Source: an uncultured Chloroflexia bacterium (GTDB taxonomy: Bacteria; Chloroflexota; Dehalococcoidia; DSTF01; JALHUB01). Taken from it: a DNA stretch of 64,000 nucleotides. Shown here piece after piece: positions 18,995 through 28,985 of the stretch. The notes beneath the pieces are model-generated. The model saw only the letters and a list, made by a program, of their open reading frames with translations. It was not told where the DNA came from and made no database searches. Made by a program: the position numbers and the translations under genes. Positions within the stretch are counted from its first letter, which is position 1. Every line of letters starts with the position of its first letter. The DNA is taken from positions 2,119,998-2,183,997 of the forward strand of contig OY969814.1 in NCBI GenBank assembly GCA_963703345.1, written 5' to 3'.

Positions 18995-20208
18995 AGGACT
19001 TCCTCTGCGGTCAGACGCTCTATCTCTTCCTTCGGCATTGCCAGCAGCTCGCCGAGCACGTAGTCGTTGTGCTGGCCGAGGAGCGGGCCGGGCCGCATGA
19101 TGCGCGCCGGCGTCTTCGACAGGCGCCAGGGCGGACCCAGCACTTTTTTGACGCCCATCAGGGGGTGCTCGACGTCCTGAATGATGCCGCGTTCGAGGAC
19201 GTGGCGGTCCTGCACGATCTCTTCGCCGGCGTAGACGGGCATCGCCGGGACTCCGGCGGCCTGTAGCTCCTGCATAATGTCGAGGGGGTTGCGTTCGGCG
19301 GTCCAGGCGCCGATGCGCTCGTCCAGCGCATCGCGGTTCTGCCAGCGATTGAACTCGTCGGCGAAGCGTTCATCCCGCGTCAGGCGCTGGTCGCCGATGA
19401 CGCCGCAGAGGGCCCGCCAATCCTCCTCGGTACCGACGACGATGGAGACCCACTCGTTCTCGCCCTTGCAGGCGTAGACGTTATGAGGCGCCATTGCCCG
19501 ATCATTGTTCCCGTTGCGCTCCTGGACACGTCCGTTCATCGTGTAGTCCATGAAGCTATCGCCCATGAGGGAGCTGACCGCCTCGGCGGATGACAGGTCG
19601 ATGTGCTGCCCCCGGCCGGTCCGCTTTCGATGGTAAAGTGCGGCGAGAACGGCGAAGGCGCCGGTACTGCCAACACGGAGGTCGATGGTGCCCATCAGCG
19701 GGGCGGGACGACCGCCGGCGCGGCCGGTGATGTAGGCCATGCCTCCCATTGCGGCGAAGGTCGGCGCGTAGCCGGTGTATAGCCGCTCTGGGCCGGTGCT
19801 GCCGACCGCAGACGAAGAGAGCATGACGATGTCCGGCTTGATCGCCTTCAGGTCCTCGTAGCCGAGGCCGAGCTTCTCCAGCACTCCGGGTCGCATGTTC
19901 TGCGTCACGACGTCGCTGATCTTTGCCAGCGACCGCGCGATCTCCCTCGCCTCAGGCTTGCTCAGGTTCAGCGTAAGGCTGAGCTTGTTCAGGTTCAGCG
20001 TGTTGAAGATGAACGACTCGTCGGGGCCGCCCATGGTGGGACCGGCGACGAGCGAGCGCAAGCGCGAGTGATCGAGGCGACTGCGGCTTTCGACTTTGAT
20101 GACTTGCGCGCCGAGCAGGGCAAGGAGGAGCGTCGCCTGCGGGCCGGCCCAGGCCCAGGTGAAGTCGAGTATCCTCACGCCCTCAAGGGGAAGCCGCTTT
20201 TCCGCCAT
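18988..20208 (-). CDS. Family III CoA-transferase (CaiB/BaiF-like)
   Basis: LEGVRILDFTWAWAGPQATLLLALLGAQVIKVE signature N-terminus. Confidence 0.88.
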   Translation of the reverse strand: MAEKRLPLEGVRILDFTWAWAGPQATLLLALLGAQVIKVESRSRLDHSRLRSLVAGPTMGGPDESFIFNTLNLNKLSLTLNLSKPEAREIARSLAKISDVVTQNMRPGVLEKLGLGYEDLKAIKPDIVMLSSSAVGSTGPERLYTGYAPTFAAMGGMAYITGRAGGRPAPLMGTIDLRVGSTGAFAVLAALYHRKRTGRGQHIDLSSAEAVSSLMGDSFMDYTMNGRVQERNGNNDRAMAPHNVYACKGENEWVSIVVGTEEDWRALCGVIGDQRLTRDERFADEFNRWQNRDALDERIGAWTAERNPLDIMQELQAAGVPAMPVYAGEEIVQDRHVLERGIIQDVEHPLMGVKKVLGPPWRLSKTPARIMRPGPLLGQHNDYVLGELLAMPKEEIERLTAEEVLY

Positions 20209-20209
20209 C

Positions 20210-21415
20210 CTAAATCACTCCGTCCGCGCGCAGTCGGGCCAGCTCTTCGTGCGAGTAGCCCAGGCGACCGCAGTAAATCTCTTCGTTGTGCTGTCCGAGC
20301 AGCGGGGCCGGCCGCTCCGCCTGCCAGGGCGTCTCCGAGAACTTGTAGCCGGCTGTCGGATAGTAGAACTTGCCGGCAACGGAATGTTCGACCTCCTGGA
20401 AGAAGCCGCGCTCCCGCGCCTGCTGCCAGTCGAAGACCTCTTCGGTCAACCGAACGGGCGCCAGCGGCACGCTGAAGCTCTGGGCGAGGTGGTAGAGCTC
20501 GTCTTGCGTGCGGTCGGCGGCCCACTCCTCGACGTGGGGCTGGATCTCGTCCCGCTTGGCCGCGCGGCCCATCTCCGTGGCGAACTCCTCGTTCTGGGCC
20601 CACTCCGGGTTGCCCATCGCCCGCACCAGTCCCTCCCACTGGTGGTCCTGCGGCATCGTCAGAATCACCCAGCCGTCCTTGCAGGCCATCAGGCCGCCTA
20701 CCTGCATCCCAATGCGACCAACGATGGTCTCGCCGTCGGCGAAGCGGCAGATATCGACGCGCTCCAGGCCGAGAAGGCTCTCCTGCTTGGAGACGTCAAC
20801 GTACTGACCCTCGCCGGTCAGCATTCGGCCAAAGAGAGCGGCCAGGGCAGCAATGGCAGCGTTCAGTCCGCTGTCGTACTCGCCGGCGTAGCCACCGGGC
20901 GGGACCGGCTCCTTTCCCGGCTCTTCGAATCGGGCGAGGAAGAACTTAGTCGAGTGGCCGCTGACGTGGTGGAGATTGAGCGTGCGACAGGCGTACCCGG
21001 CGTAGGGGCCTGTCTGGCCGAAAGGCGTAATCGACACCATGACGAGCCCGGGGTTGGCCGCAGCCAGCGTCTCGTAGTCCAGGCCAAGCGCCTCCATGCG
21101 ACCCGGCGTCTGGTCTTCGATGAGGACGTCAACGTCCTTGGCGAGCGCCTGGAATATGTGCCTGCCCGTCGCAAGGGACGGGTCGAGAGTCAGCGAGCGC
21201 TTGTTCGTATTGAGGTAGAGGAAGAGGCCACTCTTCTCCGGGTGCGGCAGATCGTCGGGAAAAGGGCCGCGATGGCGGGCGCGGTCGCCGGCCGGCGGCT
21301 GCTCGATCTTGATCGACTCGGCGCCGAGGTCGGCGAGCAGCTTGCCGCAGTACGGCCCGGCGATCATATCGCAGTATTCGAGAACTTTGATGCCCTGTAG
21401 GGCGCGATCAGTCAT
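20210..21415 (-). CDS. Family III CoA-transferase (paralog)
   Basis: LQGIKVLEYCDMIAGPYCGKLLADLGAESIKIE. 1-nt gap to the downstream paralog. Confidence 0.88.
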   Translation of the reverse strand: MTDRALQGIKVLEYCDMIAGPYCGKLLADLGAESIKIEQPPAGDRARHRGPFPDDLPHPEKSGLFLYLNTNKRSLTLDPSLATGRHIFQALAKDVDVLIEDQTPGRMEALGLDYETLAAANPGLVMVSITPFGQTGPYAGYACRTLNLHHVSGHSTKFFLARFEEPGKEPVPPGGYAGEYDSGLNAAIAALAALFGRMLTGEGQYVDVSKQESLLGLERVDICRFADGETIVGRIGMQVGGLMACKDGWVILTMPQDHQWEGLVRAMGNPEWAQNEEFATEMGRAAKRDEIQPHVEEWAADRTQDELYHLAQSFSVPLAPVRLTEEVFDWQQARERGFFQEVEHSVAGKFYYPTAGYKFSETPWQAERPAPLLGQHNEEIYCGRLGYSHEELARLRADGVI

Positions 21416-21595
21416 TTCCAGCCGTTTTCCCGGAACCTAGGCAGGCGCGAACGCAATTCTTAGCCTAGCACAGGGGCCATTTCAACAAAACGTGGCCAAA
21501 CCCCTAACCGCTGCGGCCGCGCTCTTGAATTGACTTTATTCGGTGCCGTGGCCTAGCTTTCGTTCAAGGCCTGAATCGAAGCAGGACGGAGCGAA

Positions 21596-23023
21596 GTGCG
21601 GAAGGAAAGCGTTCATCCCCTCGACTACTTGTTCTATCCCCGCTCCGTCGCGGTCGTCGGCGTCTCCGGCAAGCCACGCGACTGGGGTGGCGGCAACATG
21701 TTTCTCAAGGGCCTGCAGACGTTCGGATTCCCCGGACCGCTGTATCCCGTGCACCCGACGCTCGATGAGGTGCTGGGGCTTCGCTGCTACCCGTCGATCT
21801 CCGCCATTCCCGGGCCGGTCGATTACGTGATCTCGGCGATTCCGGCGAGCGGCGTCGCAGCGCTTATGGACGACGCGGCGGCGAAGGGCGTGCGCTGCAT
21901 CCATTTCTTCACAGCCGGCTTTCGCGAGACCGGCGAGCAGGAGCGCATAGACCTGGAGCGCGAGGTGCTGGCGAAGGCTAAGGCCGCGGGCATACGGATC
22001 GTCGGGCCGAACTGCATGGGACTGTACTGCCCGGCCGGAAGGATCAGCTTCGGCGGCGACTTCCCGAAGGAGCCGGGCAGCGTCGCCTTCATCTCGCAAA
22101 GCGGGCTCAACGCCGAGGACCTCGTACATCATGCGGCGCTGCGAGGGATTCGTTTCAGCAAGGTGATAAGCTACGGCAACGCCACCGACCTGGACGAAAG
22201 CGACTTCTTCGAATACTGCCTCGCGGACCCGGAGACGGAGATAATCCTCGCCTACATCGAAGGGGTGAAGGACGGCCGGCGATTCCAGCGGGCCCTGCGG
22301 GCGGCTTCGGCGGCCAAACCGACGGTCCTGCTCAAGGGTGGCGCCACGGACGCCGGCGACCGGGCGACGCGCTCGCATACGGGGAGTCTCGCGGGGTCAG
22401 CGCAGGTGTGGGAGGGGCTCTGCCGTCAGGCCGGCGTCGTCTCAGTCGACGGCCTCGACGATCTGGCGGACATGGCGGTAACGTTCCGCCTCCTCAAGCC
22501 GCCGTCCGGACGCGGCGTTGCCGTCATCGTTGTCGGCGGCGGCTCCAGCGTGCTCGCGGCGGACCGGGCGGAGAGGCTCGGGTTGCGCGTCCCGCCGCTC
22601 TCAGACGAGGCGCAGGCGAAGCTGCGCAGCTTCACACCGCTGGCCGGCACGAGCGTCCGAAACCCTCTGGATACCGTCGCCCTCGAAGACAGGGAGGGTT
22701 TCCACAAGACCGTCAACATTGTCGGCAACGAGCCCAACATCGACTGCATCCTCATCCTGCCGCGACTGGACTGGTGGCTGGACCGCGTTCCGGACGTCGA
22801 TGAGACGGTACGGGCGACGGTGGCGAAGATGAAGGAGGCAGCGGACCAGAGCCCGGTGCCGGTGGCTCTGGCCCTCCGTACGCCGGACAACGCCACGACG
22901 ATGAAGGCGTTCGAGCTGCTCTATCAGGAGTGCGCGGAGGCCGGCCTGGCAGTCTATCCGGACTTCGAGCGCGCCTTCACGGCAATGGCAAGGTTCGCGA
23001 CCTGGCGAGAGGCGCGTCAGTAG
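21596..23023 (+). CDS. CoA-binding / succinyl-CoA-ligase-like protein (ADP-forming acyl-CoA synthetase alpha-type)
   Basis: PRSVAVVGVSGKP...YPSISAIPGPVDYVISAIPA...IVGPNCMGLYCP. No ATP-grasp domain in this ORF. Confidence 0.8.
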   Translation: MRKESVHPLDYLFYPRSVAVVGVSGKPRDWGGGNMFLKGLQTFGFPGPLYPVHPTLDEVLGLRCYPSISAIPGPVDYVISAIPASGVAALMDDAAAKGVRCIHFFTAGFRETGEQERIDLEREVLAKAKAAGIRIVGPNCMGLYCPAGRISFGGDFPKEPGSVAFISQSGLNAEDLVHHAALRGIRFSKVISYGNATDLDESDFFEYCLADPETEIILAYIEGVKDGRRFQRALRAASAAKPTVLLKGGATDAGDRATRSHTGSLAGSAQVWEGLCRQAGVVSVDGLDDLADMAVTFRLLKPPSGRGVAVIVVGGGSSVLAADRAERLGLRVPPLSDEAQAKLRSFTPLAGTSVRNPLDTVALEDREGFHKTVNIVGNEPNIDCILILPRLDWWLDRVPDVDETVRATVAKMKEAADQSPVPVALALRTPDNATTMKAFELLYQECAEAGLAVYPDFERAFTAMARFATWREARQ

Positions 23024-23058
23024 CAGCAGCTACACTTTGTCGTTGGGTGCTTTCTGCT

Positions 23059-23817
23059 TCAGGCCACTCTTCGGATCGTCCGCCTGACATCGTGAGTAGG
23101 ACCGAGCAGGACGCTGGTGTGGCGCGCGCCCAGCCTCAGGGCATGGACGAACTGCTGCGCGAGGTCCGGATCGAACTGCGTGCCCGCCTTGTCGCTGATC
23201 TCTTGCAGCGCCTGTGCCGGCTTGCGGGCGACCCGGTAGGGTGAATCGAGGATCATCGCGGTGTAGGCGTCGGCGATAGCCATGATGCGGGCCGGCAGAG
23301 GAATCTGCTCCCCGTGCTTTCCGCGCAGGTAGCCGTCGCCGTCCCAGCGCTCGTGGTGGAAGAGAACGGTTTCCAGGACCAGGTCGTGCAGCCAGTGGGG
23401 CGAAGCGCGCAGGATGGGCCAATCGCGCAGAAGGTCATAGCCGACGGAAACGTGGGAGCGCAGGACAAGCATCTCGGCGCTGTTCAGCGGGCCGTCCTTC
23501 GTCAGGAGGTCCACCGGAAGAGCCATCTTGCCGAGGTCATAGACGCGGCCGGCGATCCATAGCGCGCCGACCTCATCGGACGAGAGCTGGACGCGGCGGG
23601 CCAGGGCGAGGGCGTGCTGCGCGGCAAGGTTCGAATGAAGCCCGGAGTAGTTGTCGCGGGTATCGAGGTCAAGCTCCCACTGGTCGACGAGCGCCCTTAC
23701 ATGATCGCGGGTTTGGCGGGACCAGGCCGTGGACAGCGTCTCGATGACGCGGGAGTCGCTCGAGGCGAAGAGATCGGTCACATCGTGGTCGTCGATGCCG
23801 TAGACGATTCGAAACAA
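23059..23817 (-). CDS. HD-GYP-family domain protein with degenerate motifs (YD...GYL)
   Basis: TTG 23817 five nt after AGGAGGGG. VYDLGKMALP in place of LHDIGK. HHERWDGDGYLRG in place of ...GYP. The longer ORF would overlap the amidase start. Confidence 0.75.
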   Translation of the reverse strand: MFRIVYGIDDHDVTDLFASSDSRVIETLSTAWSRQTRDHVRALVDQWELDLDTRDNYSGLHSNLAAQHALALARRVQLSSDEVGALWIAGRVYDLGKMALPVDLLTKDGPLNSAEMLVLRSHVSVGYDLLRDWPILRASPHWLHDLVLETVLFHHERWDGDGYLRGKHGEQIPLPARIMAIADAYTAMILDSPYRVARKPAQALQEISDKAGTQFDPDLAQQFVHALRLGARHTSVLLGPTHDVRRTIRRVA

Positions 23818-23998
23818 GAGTGCCCCTCCTGAATCAGTAACGGCACAAACCGGCAAGTCTTTAGTTGCATGTGAATCTGCACGTCGCGCGGCGCAGGATA
23901 CGAGGACAAAGCCTTGACCGCACGCTAGACACTGACGCAAGATTGCTACACGGCGCTCCCGGGCGTCGCATGACACTAAGAGGAGGAACGAAAAGGCC

Positions 23999-25426
23999 AT
24001 GGACGACTTCGCGGCACTCGACGCAACGGCGCAGGCAGAGCTTGTGAGGCGCAAAGAGGTCAAGGCGATCGAGCTCGTCGAGGCGGCGATCGAGCGCATC
24101 GAGCGGCTCAATCCAAAGCTGAACGCCGTCATCACGCCGATGTACGACCTTGCGCGGCAAGCAGCGGCGGGCCCCTTGCCGGAAGGCCCGTTTACCGGCG
24201 TCCCCTTCCTCCTGAAGGACCTGGTCGCCTCCTTCGCCGGCGTTCGCATGGCCTGGGGCTCCGCCTTCCTCAAAGACAACGTGCCCGACCACGACAGCGA
24301 GCTGGTGGCGCGTTACAAGCGGGCAGGCCTGGTCATTTTGGGCAAGACGAACCTACCCGAGTTCGGGATCCTGCCAACGACTGAGCCGCACTTCTTCGGC
24401 CTGACGCGCAACCCCTGGAACACGAACCACAGCCCGGGCGGTTCGAGCGGCGGGACGGCTGCCGCCGTGGCGTCGGGCATGGTGGCGATGGGCCACGCCG
24501 CCGATGGCGGCGGCTCCATCCGCATTCCCGCCTCCTGCTGTGGCCTCTTCGGTCTGAAGCCGACGCGCGCGCGCATTCCCCTCAGCCCCGATTTCGGCGA
24601 CATCAGGGGCGGGTTGGACATCGACCACGCGCTCACGCGCTCCGTTCGCGACAGCGCCGCGCTGCTCGATGCGACTTGCGGCCCGGACGTCGGCGACCCG
24701 TACTGGGCGCCGCCGCCGGCGCGTCCCTACCTTAAGGAAGTCGGCGCCGATCCCGGGAAACTGCGCATCGCCTTCACAACACGGTCCATGACCGGCAGCG
24801 CCGTCGACCCCGATTGTGCCGCCGCCGTCCAGGACGCGGCGAAGCTGTGCGCGGACCTCGGCCACTACGTCGAAGAGAAAGAGCCGGAGATTAACGGCGA
24901 GATGGTAACGGGTCCATTCATGGTCGTCTGGTCAGCCGGCGTGGCGCAAAACGTCGACGGGACGGCGCTCATCAAGGGTCGCGGCGCCGAGCCCGACGAG
25001 TTGGAGCCGTTGACGCGGGCGCTGGCGGACATGGGAAGGCAGCAGACAGCTCCCAACTATCTGATCTCGTGGACGATCCTGCAGAGGATATCGCGCGACT
25101 TCCAGCGGTTCTTTGTCGGTTACGACGTCGCGCTCACGCCGACGCTGGCGGAGCCGCCGCTGCCTCTCGGTATGCTTGAGTCGCCTCCCGACAACCCGCT
25201 GTTCGGGATCATCCGCGCCGCCTCATACGTTCCCTTCACGCCGATCTGCAACATAACCGGGCAACCGGCGATGTCGGTGCCGCTGTATTGGAACACACAG
25301 GGGTTGCCCATCGGCAGCCACTTCATCGGCCGCTTCGGCGACGAGGGGACGCTGTTCCGGCTGGCAGCGCAGCTCGAGCAGGCGCGGCCGTGGGCGAACT
25401 GCCACCCGCCGCTGTGGGCGGGCTAG
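23999..25426 (+). CDS. Amidase-signature family amidase
   Basis: [33 protein letters not shown]...[12 protein letters not shown]. Confidence 0.92.
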   Translation: MDDFAALDATAQAELVRRKEVKAIELVEAAIERIERLNPKLNAVITPMYDLARQAAAGPLPEGPFTGVPFLLKDLVASFAGVRMAWGSAFLKDNVPDHDSELVARYKRAGLVILGKTNLPEFGILPTTEPHFFGLTRNPWNTNHSPGGSSGGTAAAVASGMVAMGHAADGGGSIRIPASCCGLFGLKPTRARIPLSPDFGDIRGGLDIDHALTRSVRDSAALLDATCGPDVGDPYWAPPPARPYLKEVGADPGKLRIAFTTRSMTGSAVDPDCAAAVQDAAKLCADLGHYVEEKEPEINGEMVTGPFMVVWSAGVAQNVDGTALIKGRGAEPDELEPLTRALADMGRQQTAPNYLISWTILQRISRDFQRFFVGYDVALTPTLAEPPLPLGMLESPPDNPLFGIIRAASYVPFTPICNITGQPAMSVPLYWNTQGLPIGSHFIGRFGDEGTLFRLAAQLEQARPWANCHPPLWAG

Positions 25427-25430
25427 TCGG

Positions 25431-26546
25431 TCAGTAGCGCACGCGACGCGCGGCGTGCCCGAGGACCGTTAGCAGCACTCCCGCAACAGCCAACGCTTCC
25501 GCCAGTGTGCCGAGGCCCCTTGTCGTCGCCCCATTGCCTTCGCCGCTGCGTGGAGCCGTTATTGCCTGCGTTCCCGAGCCGTCTGTCGCCGGCGACGCCG
25601 CGATTCCCGACTCAATACCGGTCGGCGGCACCGACGGAACGAATCCACCCCCGCCCTCGCCTCCTTCCGGACAATCGCCCCAACTCTGCGCCACTTCACG
25701 GCCATACAACCGCTCTTCGCCATCGACCGTAGCCCGCACAACGAGACCGAAGCTCACGACGCCGCATCCTCCGTAGCCCTGCAGGCCATGCGTCATCTTC
25801 AGCAGGAGCGACTCTCCGGGCGCAAGCGACTTCTTGCCGAACGAGGACAGGTCCCACTGCATCAGAGAGACGTCGGAGAACGCAGCAGCCGGCTTCGGAT
25901 CGTCGGCGATCAGGATTCCGTCGGGGAGTCGATCGGTGAGTGTGAGAGCGGTGATGCCGGATTTGCTGCTATTCGTGATCCGTACGTCGAACTCCCCGCT
26001 CGTTCCGTCCGACGCAATCGAAAAGATGGGCTCCGCGATAAGTGGGCCGGCGGGCGGGGCCGCGGCCCCGGGTTCGGCGTCGAGCACTATCGTCTGCGAT
26101 GTGACCATCTCATCGTTCACGAAGACGCCCAGGTCGAATGAGAATTTTCCTTGAGGCATCTTGAACAGGACCGCTGTCTCCATCTCAGATGTCTCGCCGG
26201 GTCCGAGGCCAAAACCGGGATAGCTGGTAGTTGCAGAAGGTACCGGCAAGTAATTGTCGGCGCGGCGGCTCCACATGACGTAGTAGGAGGGAATCGTCCC
26301 TTCGTACCTTTCGACCATCGTATACGCCCCGAATACCCAGGCGCTGCTGTTGTTGGTGACCCGCTGTATGCAATCCACGACAACCCATTCGTCAGGTCGA
26401 AAGGTCGTCGGAGTGCACTTCTCGTCGAGGACGAGCGCGGACGGCGTCGATGGCGTTGGCGTGGGCGGCTGAGCGGCGGCAGGAGTCGCGAACGCGGCGC
26501 CTGCGAGCCAAACAGCGACGGTTGCGATGATGAGGAACAAGCGCAT
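25431..26546 (-). CDS. Surface protein: signal peptide, PT stretch, DUF11-like domain, C-terminal sorting-signal-like tail
   Basis: MRLFLIIATVAVWLAGAAFATPAAA. FDVRITNSSKSGITALTLTDRLPDG. Tail ITAPRSGEG...LAVAGVLLTVLGHAARRVRY. Confidence 0.8.
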   Translation of the reverse strand: MRLFLIIATVAVWLAGAAFATPAAAQPPTPTPSTPSALVLDEKCTPTTFRPDEWVVVDCIQRVTNNSSAWVFGAYTMVERYEGTIPSYYVMWSRRADNYLPVPSATTSYPGFGLGPGETSEMETAVLFKMPQGKFSFDLGVFVNDEMVTSQTIVLDAEPGAAAPPAGPLIAEPIFSIASDGTSGEFDVRITNSSKSGITALTLTDRLPDGILIADDPKPAAAFSDVSLMQWDLSSFGKKSLAPGESLLLKMTHGLQGYGGCGVVSFGLVVRATVDGEERLYGREVAQSWGDCPEGGEGGGGFVPSVPPTGIESGIAASPATDGSGTQAITAPRSGEGNGATTRGLGTLAEALAVAGVLLTVLGHAARRVRY

Positions 26547-26687
26547 GGTCCCACCCCCTGCGGACGAATCGAACTTCTTGATCGGAACAACGCTTGACGG
26601 CAGGAAAGGTTAACGACGGAAGTATTCGTCGTCGATGAGCGACTGGAGGCGAACGAGGACAATCCCCGGACCGGCAGGCGCGAACGC

Positions 26688-28031
26688 TTACTCGAAGATC
26701 GTCTTGCGGGGCGTGGGGGTGGGGCTGGGTATGCTCGTCGGATGAGGCGTGGCCGTGGGCCTGCGCGTAGGTCCAGTGCTCGGCGTATCTGCCGTCGTAG
26801 GGATTGGAGCCGCCGTCGGCGCGGTAGTTGGAGAGACACGCGGATGTTGTGTCGCCGGTGACACCGGGGTTATCGTCGGCGGCTCTGCCGTTGGCGACTC
26901 GGTTGCGATCCTGGTGACCGTCACCGACGCCGTCGGCCCGACGGTACGCGTCGCTGTCGGCGGGCGCTTCGTCGCGGTCGCAAAGGTCGACGAAACGGAG
27001 GGAGAGCTGGGGCCGGAAAACGAAATGGAGAACACGGCGATGACGGGCATCATCGCCAGCAGCACGACGGCGCAGAGGACGAGGAACAGGTCTCTCCCGC
27101 CGAACGACTGCCCGGAGCCGCGGCCGGCCGTATCGACTCTTCGCGTCAGCGCGGAAAGGCTCTTACTCAGTCCGGCCTTCCTGACGGGGCGACGCCCCGG
27201 CTGCGCCCATTGTGTCTCCAGGTTCTTCCAAATGCGCTCCTTCAAACCGGCCGGAGGCGGAACGGCCGCAAACGCGCCGAACACGGCCAGCGGCGCGAGG
27301 ACAGAGCGACGCGTCTGCTCGCAGACGGCGCAGCTTTCGACATGGCGCTCGACGGTGCGGCACATCTCCAGCGTGAGAGGCGGGATGGAGAACCGGCCAA
27401 CGATTCGCCGCAGCGTCGGGCAGCTTCCGGCGCCGCGTCGCATGAGCAGGTAGGCCCCAATCACCTCTTCGACGGAGCGCATCATGCGACTGAGCATGGT
27501 GTAGGCGTTGCCCTTGCTCACGCCCAGCACCTCCGCGATCTCGGCGCTCTCCAGCCCCTGACGGACGTGCAGGTCGAGCACGGCGTAAGTGCGACGGTCC
27601 AGGCTTGTGGCTGCTTGCCAGACGAGTCGTGCCGTCTCCTGCATCTCCAGCGCCTGCTCCGGATCGGCCAGACGATCCGCGTCCACCTGCTGCAGTAGCG
27701 CGTCCGACTCCTCGCCGTCCGCTCCCTGGGAAACGGATGGCGAGAGGAAATGCCTCTGACCCGCGATGCGGTTCAGGGCCTGGTTGTGGGCTATGGAGAA
27801 GAGCCAGCTCTTGAAGGCGGCGGGCTTGGCGAGCGCGGAGAGGTTCTGCATGGCACGTAGAAACGTCTCTTGCGTTACGTCGGCCGCGTCTTCGGCGCTG
27901 CGAAGGGTGCGATGGAGGAAGTCGTAGACGGGCGGGAAGTAGCGATCGTACAGCTCGCCGAAAGCCGCGCTCTCGCCGCTGAGGGCGCGAGTAACGAGCT
28001 CGCCGTCGCCTGAGACTGGAGTCGCCGTCAT
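26688..28031 (-). CDS. ECF-type sigma factor fused to a zinc anti-sigma (HxxxCxxC) domain, one TM helix and a PT-rich extracytoplasmic tail
   Basis: Region 2 YDRYFPPVYDFLHRTL...DVTQETFLRA. Region 4 ESAEIAEVLGVSKGNAYTMLSRM. ERHVESCAVCEQ. TM LFLVLCAVVLLAMMPVIAVFSI. PT-rich C-terminus. Confidence 0.85.
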   Translation of the reverse strand: MTATPVSGDGELVTRALSGESAAFGELYDRYFPPVYDFLHRTLRSAEDAADVTQETFLRAMQNLSALAKPAAFKSWLFSIAHNQALNRIAGQRHFLSPSVSQGADGEESDALLQQVDADRLADPEQALEMQETARLVWQAATSLDRRTYAVLDLHVRQGLESAEIAEVLGVSKGNAYTMLSRMMRSVEEVIGAYLLMRRGAGSCPTLRRIVGRFSIPPLTLEMCRTVERHVESCAVCEQTRRSVLAPLAVFGAFAAVPPPAGLKERIWKNLETQWAQPGRRPVRKAGLSKSLSALTRRVDTAGRGSGQSFGGRDLFLVLCAVVLLAMMPVIAVFSISFSGPSSPSVSSTFATATKRPPTATRTVGPTASVTVTRIATESPTAEPPTITPVSPATQHPRVSPTTAPTAAPIPTTADTPSTGPTRRPTATPHPTSIPSPTPTPRKTIFE

Positions 28032-28194
28032 AGCGGTACCGAATGCGGACCCCTGTGTTCAGCAAGTCTAACATTATCAGCGGTCCTTCGCTAGTTAGAC
28101 AGCCGGAGGCGTCAATTCTTACATGCCGGAAATGCGAGAAGGGAGGCGAGTCAAAGGAGCGGCGTCGAATGGAGAAACGACGCGAATAGCCTGG

Positions 28195-28234
28195 GCCCGC
28201 CGGTCAAAGAGCCTCAGCCCCTCGACCGGCGGGC
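28195..28234. terminator. 11-bp-stem hairpin downstream of the CAP-domain gene
   Basis: GCCCGCCGGTC...GACCGGCGGGC. No clear U-tract on the minus strand. Confidence 0.35.
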
Positions 28235-28277
28235 TTTAATCGCCGAATCCCGCGGCATGCACATCCAACCCGCGCTG

Positions 28278-28805
28278 CTAGCAGCCCGGCGCCCGCCCCT
28301 CAAACACCGCCACGTAGTAGATCCGCCCGTCGGCCGCCGTTGCCACGCCTGTTCCCATGCGCGTGAAGCAGCGATTGGTGATGACGTTGAAATGCAGGGG
28401 ACTATCGAGCCACATGCGTATGGTCTCGTTCACGGTGTCCGTGAACGAGAAGTCGTTCCAGGCGATCACCTCGCCGCTCCAGGCCGCGGTCACGTTGTTC
28501 TTGACGAAGAGACAACGGAAATCGCAGCCGTCGGGCGGCGAGTGGCTGAAGTAGTTCTTGGTCGCCATGTCCTCCGCCCTGGCGCGGGCGACGGCGGACA
28601 GGCTCGCGTCGGCCGTGAGCGGCGGCAGGCCGTTGTCGGCTCGCATCCCGTTCAGCCCGAGGCCGAGGTTCGTCTCCATCACCTGCTGGGGCGTACAAGC
28701 AGCGGCGGTCACAAGCAGGGCAGCGCCGAGGGCAACGGCCGCCCCGAACCGCAAGAGACGGGGCCTTCCGGCGGCGGCGCGTGTTGCCAGACGAATGATA
28801 GACAT
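28278..28805 (-). CDS. CAP/SCP/PR1-like (YkwD-type) secreted lipoprotein
   Basis: ATG after GGGTGGAGCG. Lipobox-like LLVTAAAC. NGLPPL...ARARAEDMATKNYFSH...WLDSPLH. Confidence 0.8.
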   Translation of the reverse strand: MSIIRLATRAAAGRPRLLRFGAAVALGAALLVTAAACTPQQVMETNLGLGLNGMRADNGLPPLTADASLSAVARARAEDMATKNYFSHSPPDGCDFRCLFVKNNVTAAWSGEVIAWNDFSFTDTVNETIRMWLDSPLHFNVITNRCFTRMGTGVATAADGRIYYVAVFEGRAPGC

Positions 28806-28985
28806 CGCTCCACCCTTCTCAACCAGTTCAACCCATACCACGACATAATCGACACAAGCGCCGCAATCCGAACGCGTCGGAGATTCGGCGCGACCCCGCG
28901 AGGAATTGACGGCAGGGGCAGGCCGCGACTAGCATTCGAACCGGACTTCAGCAGAGCCGCGGCGAGCGCGGAAGGAGGAGCGGAG

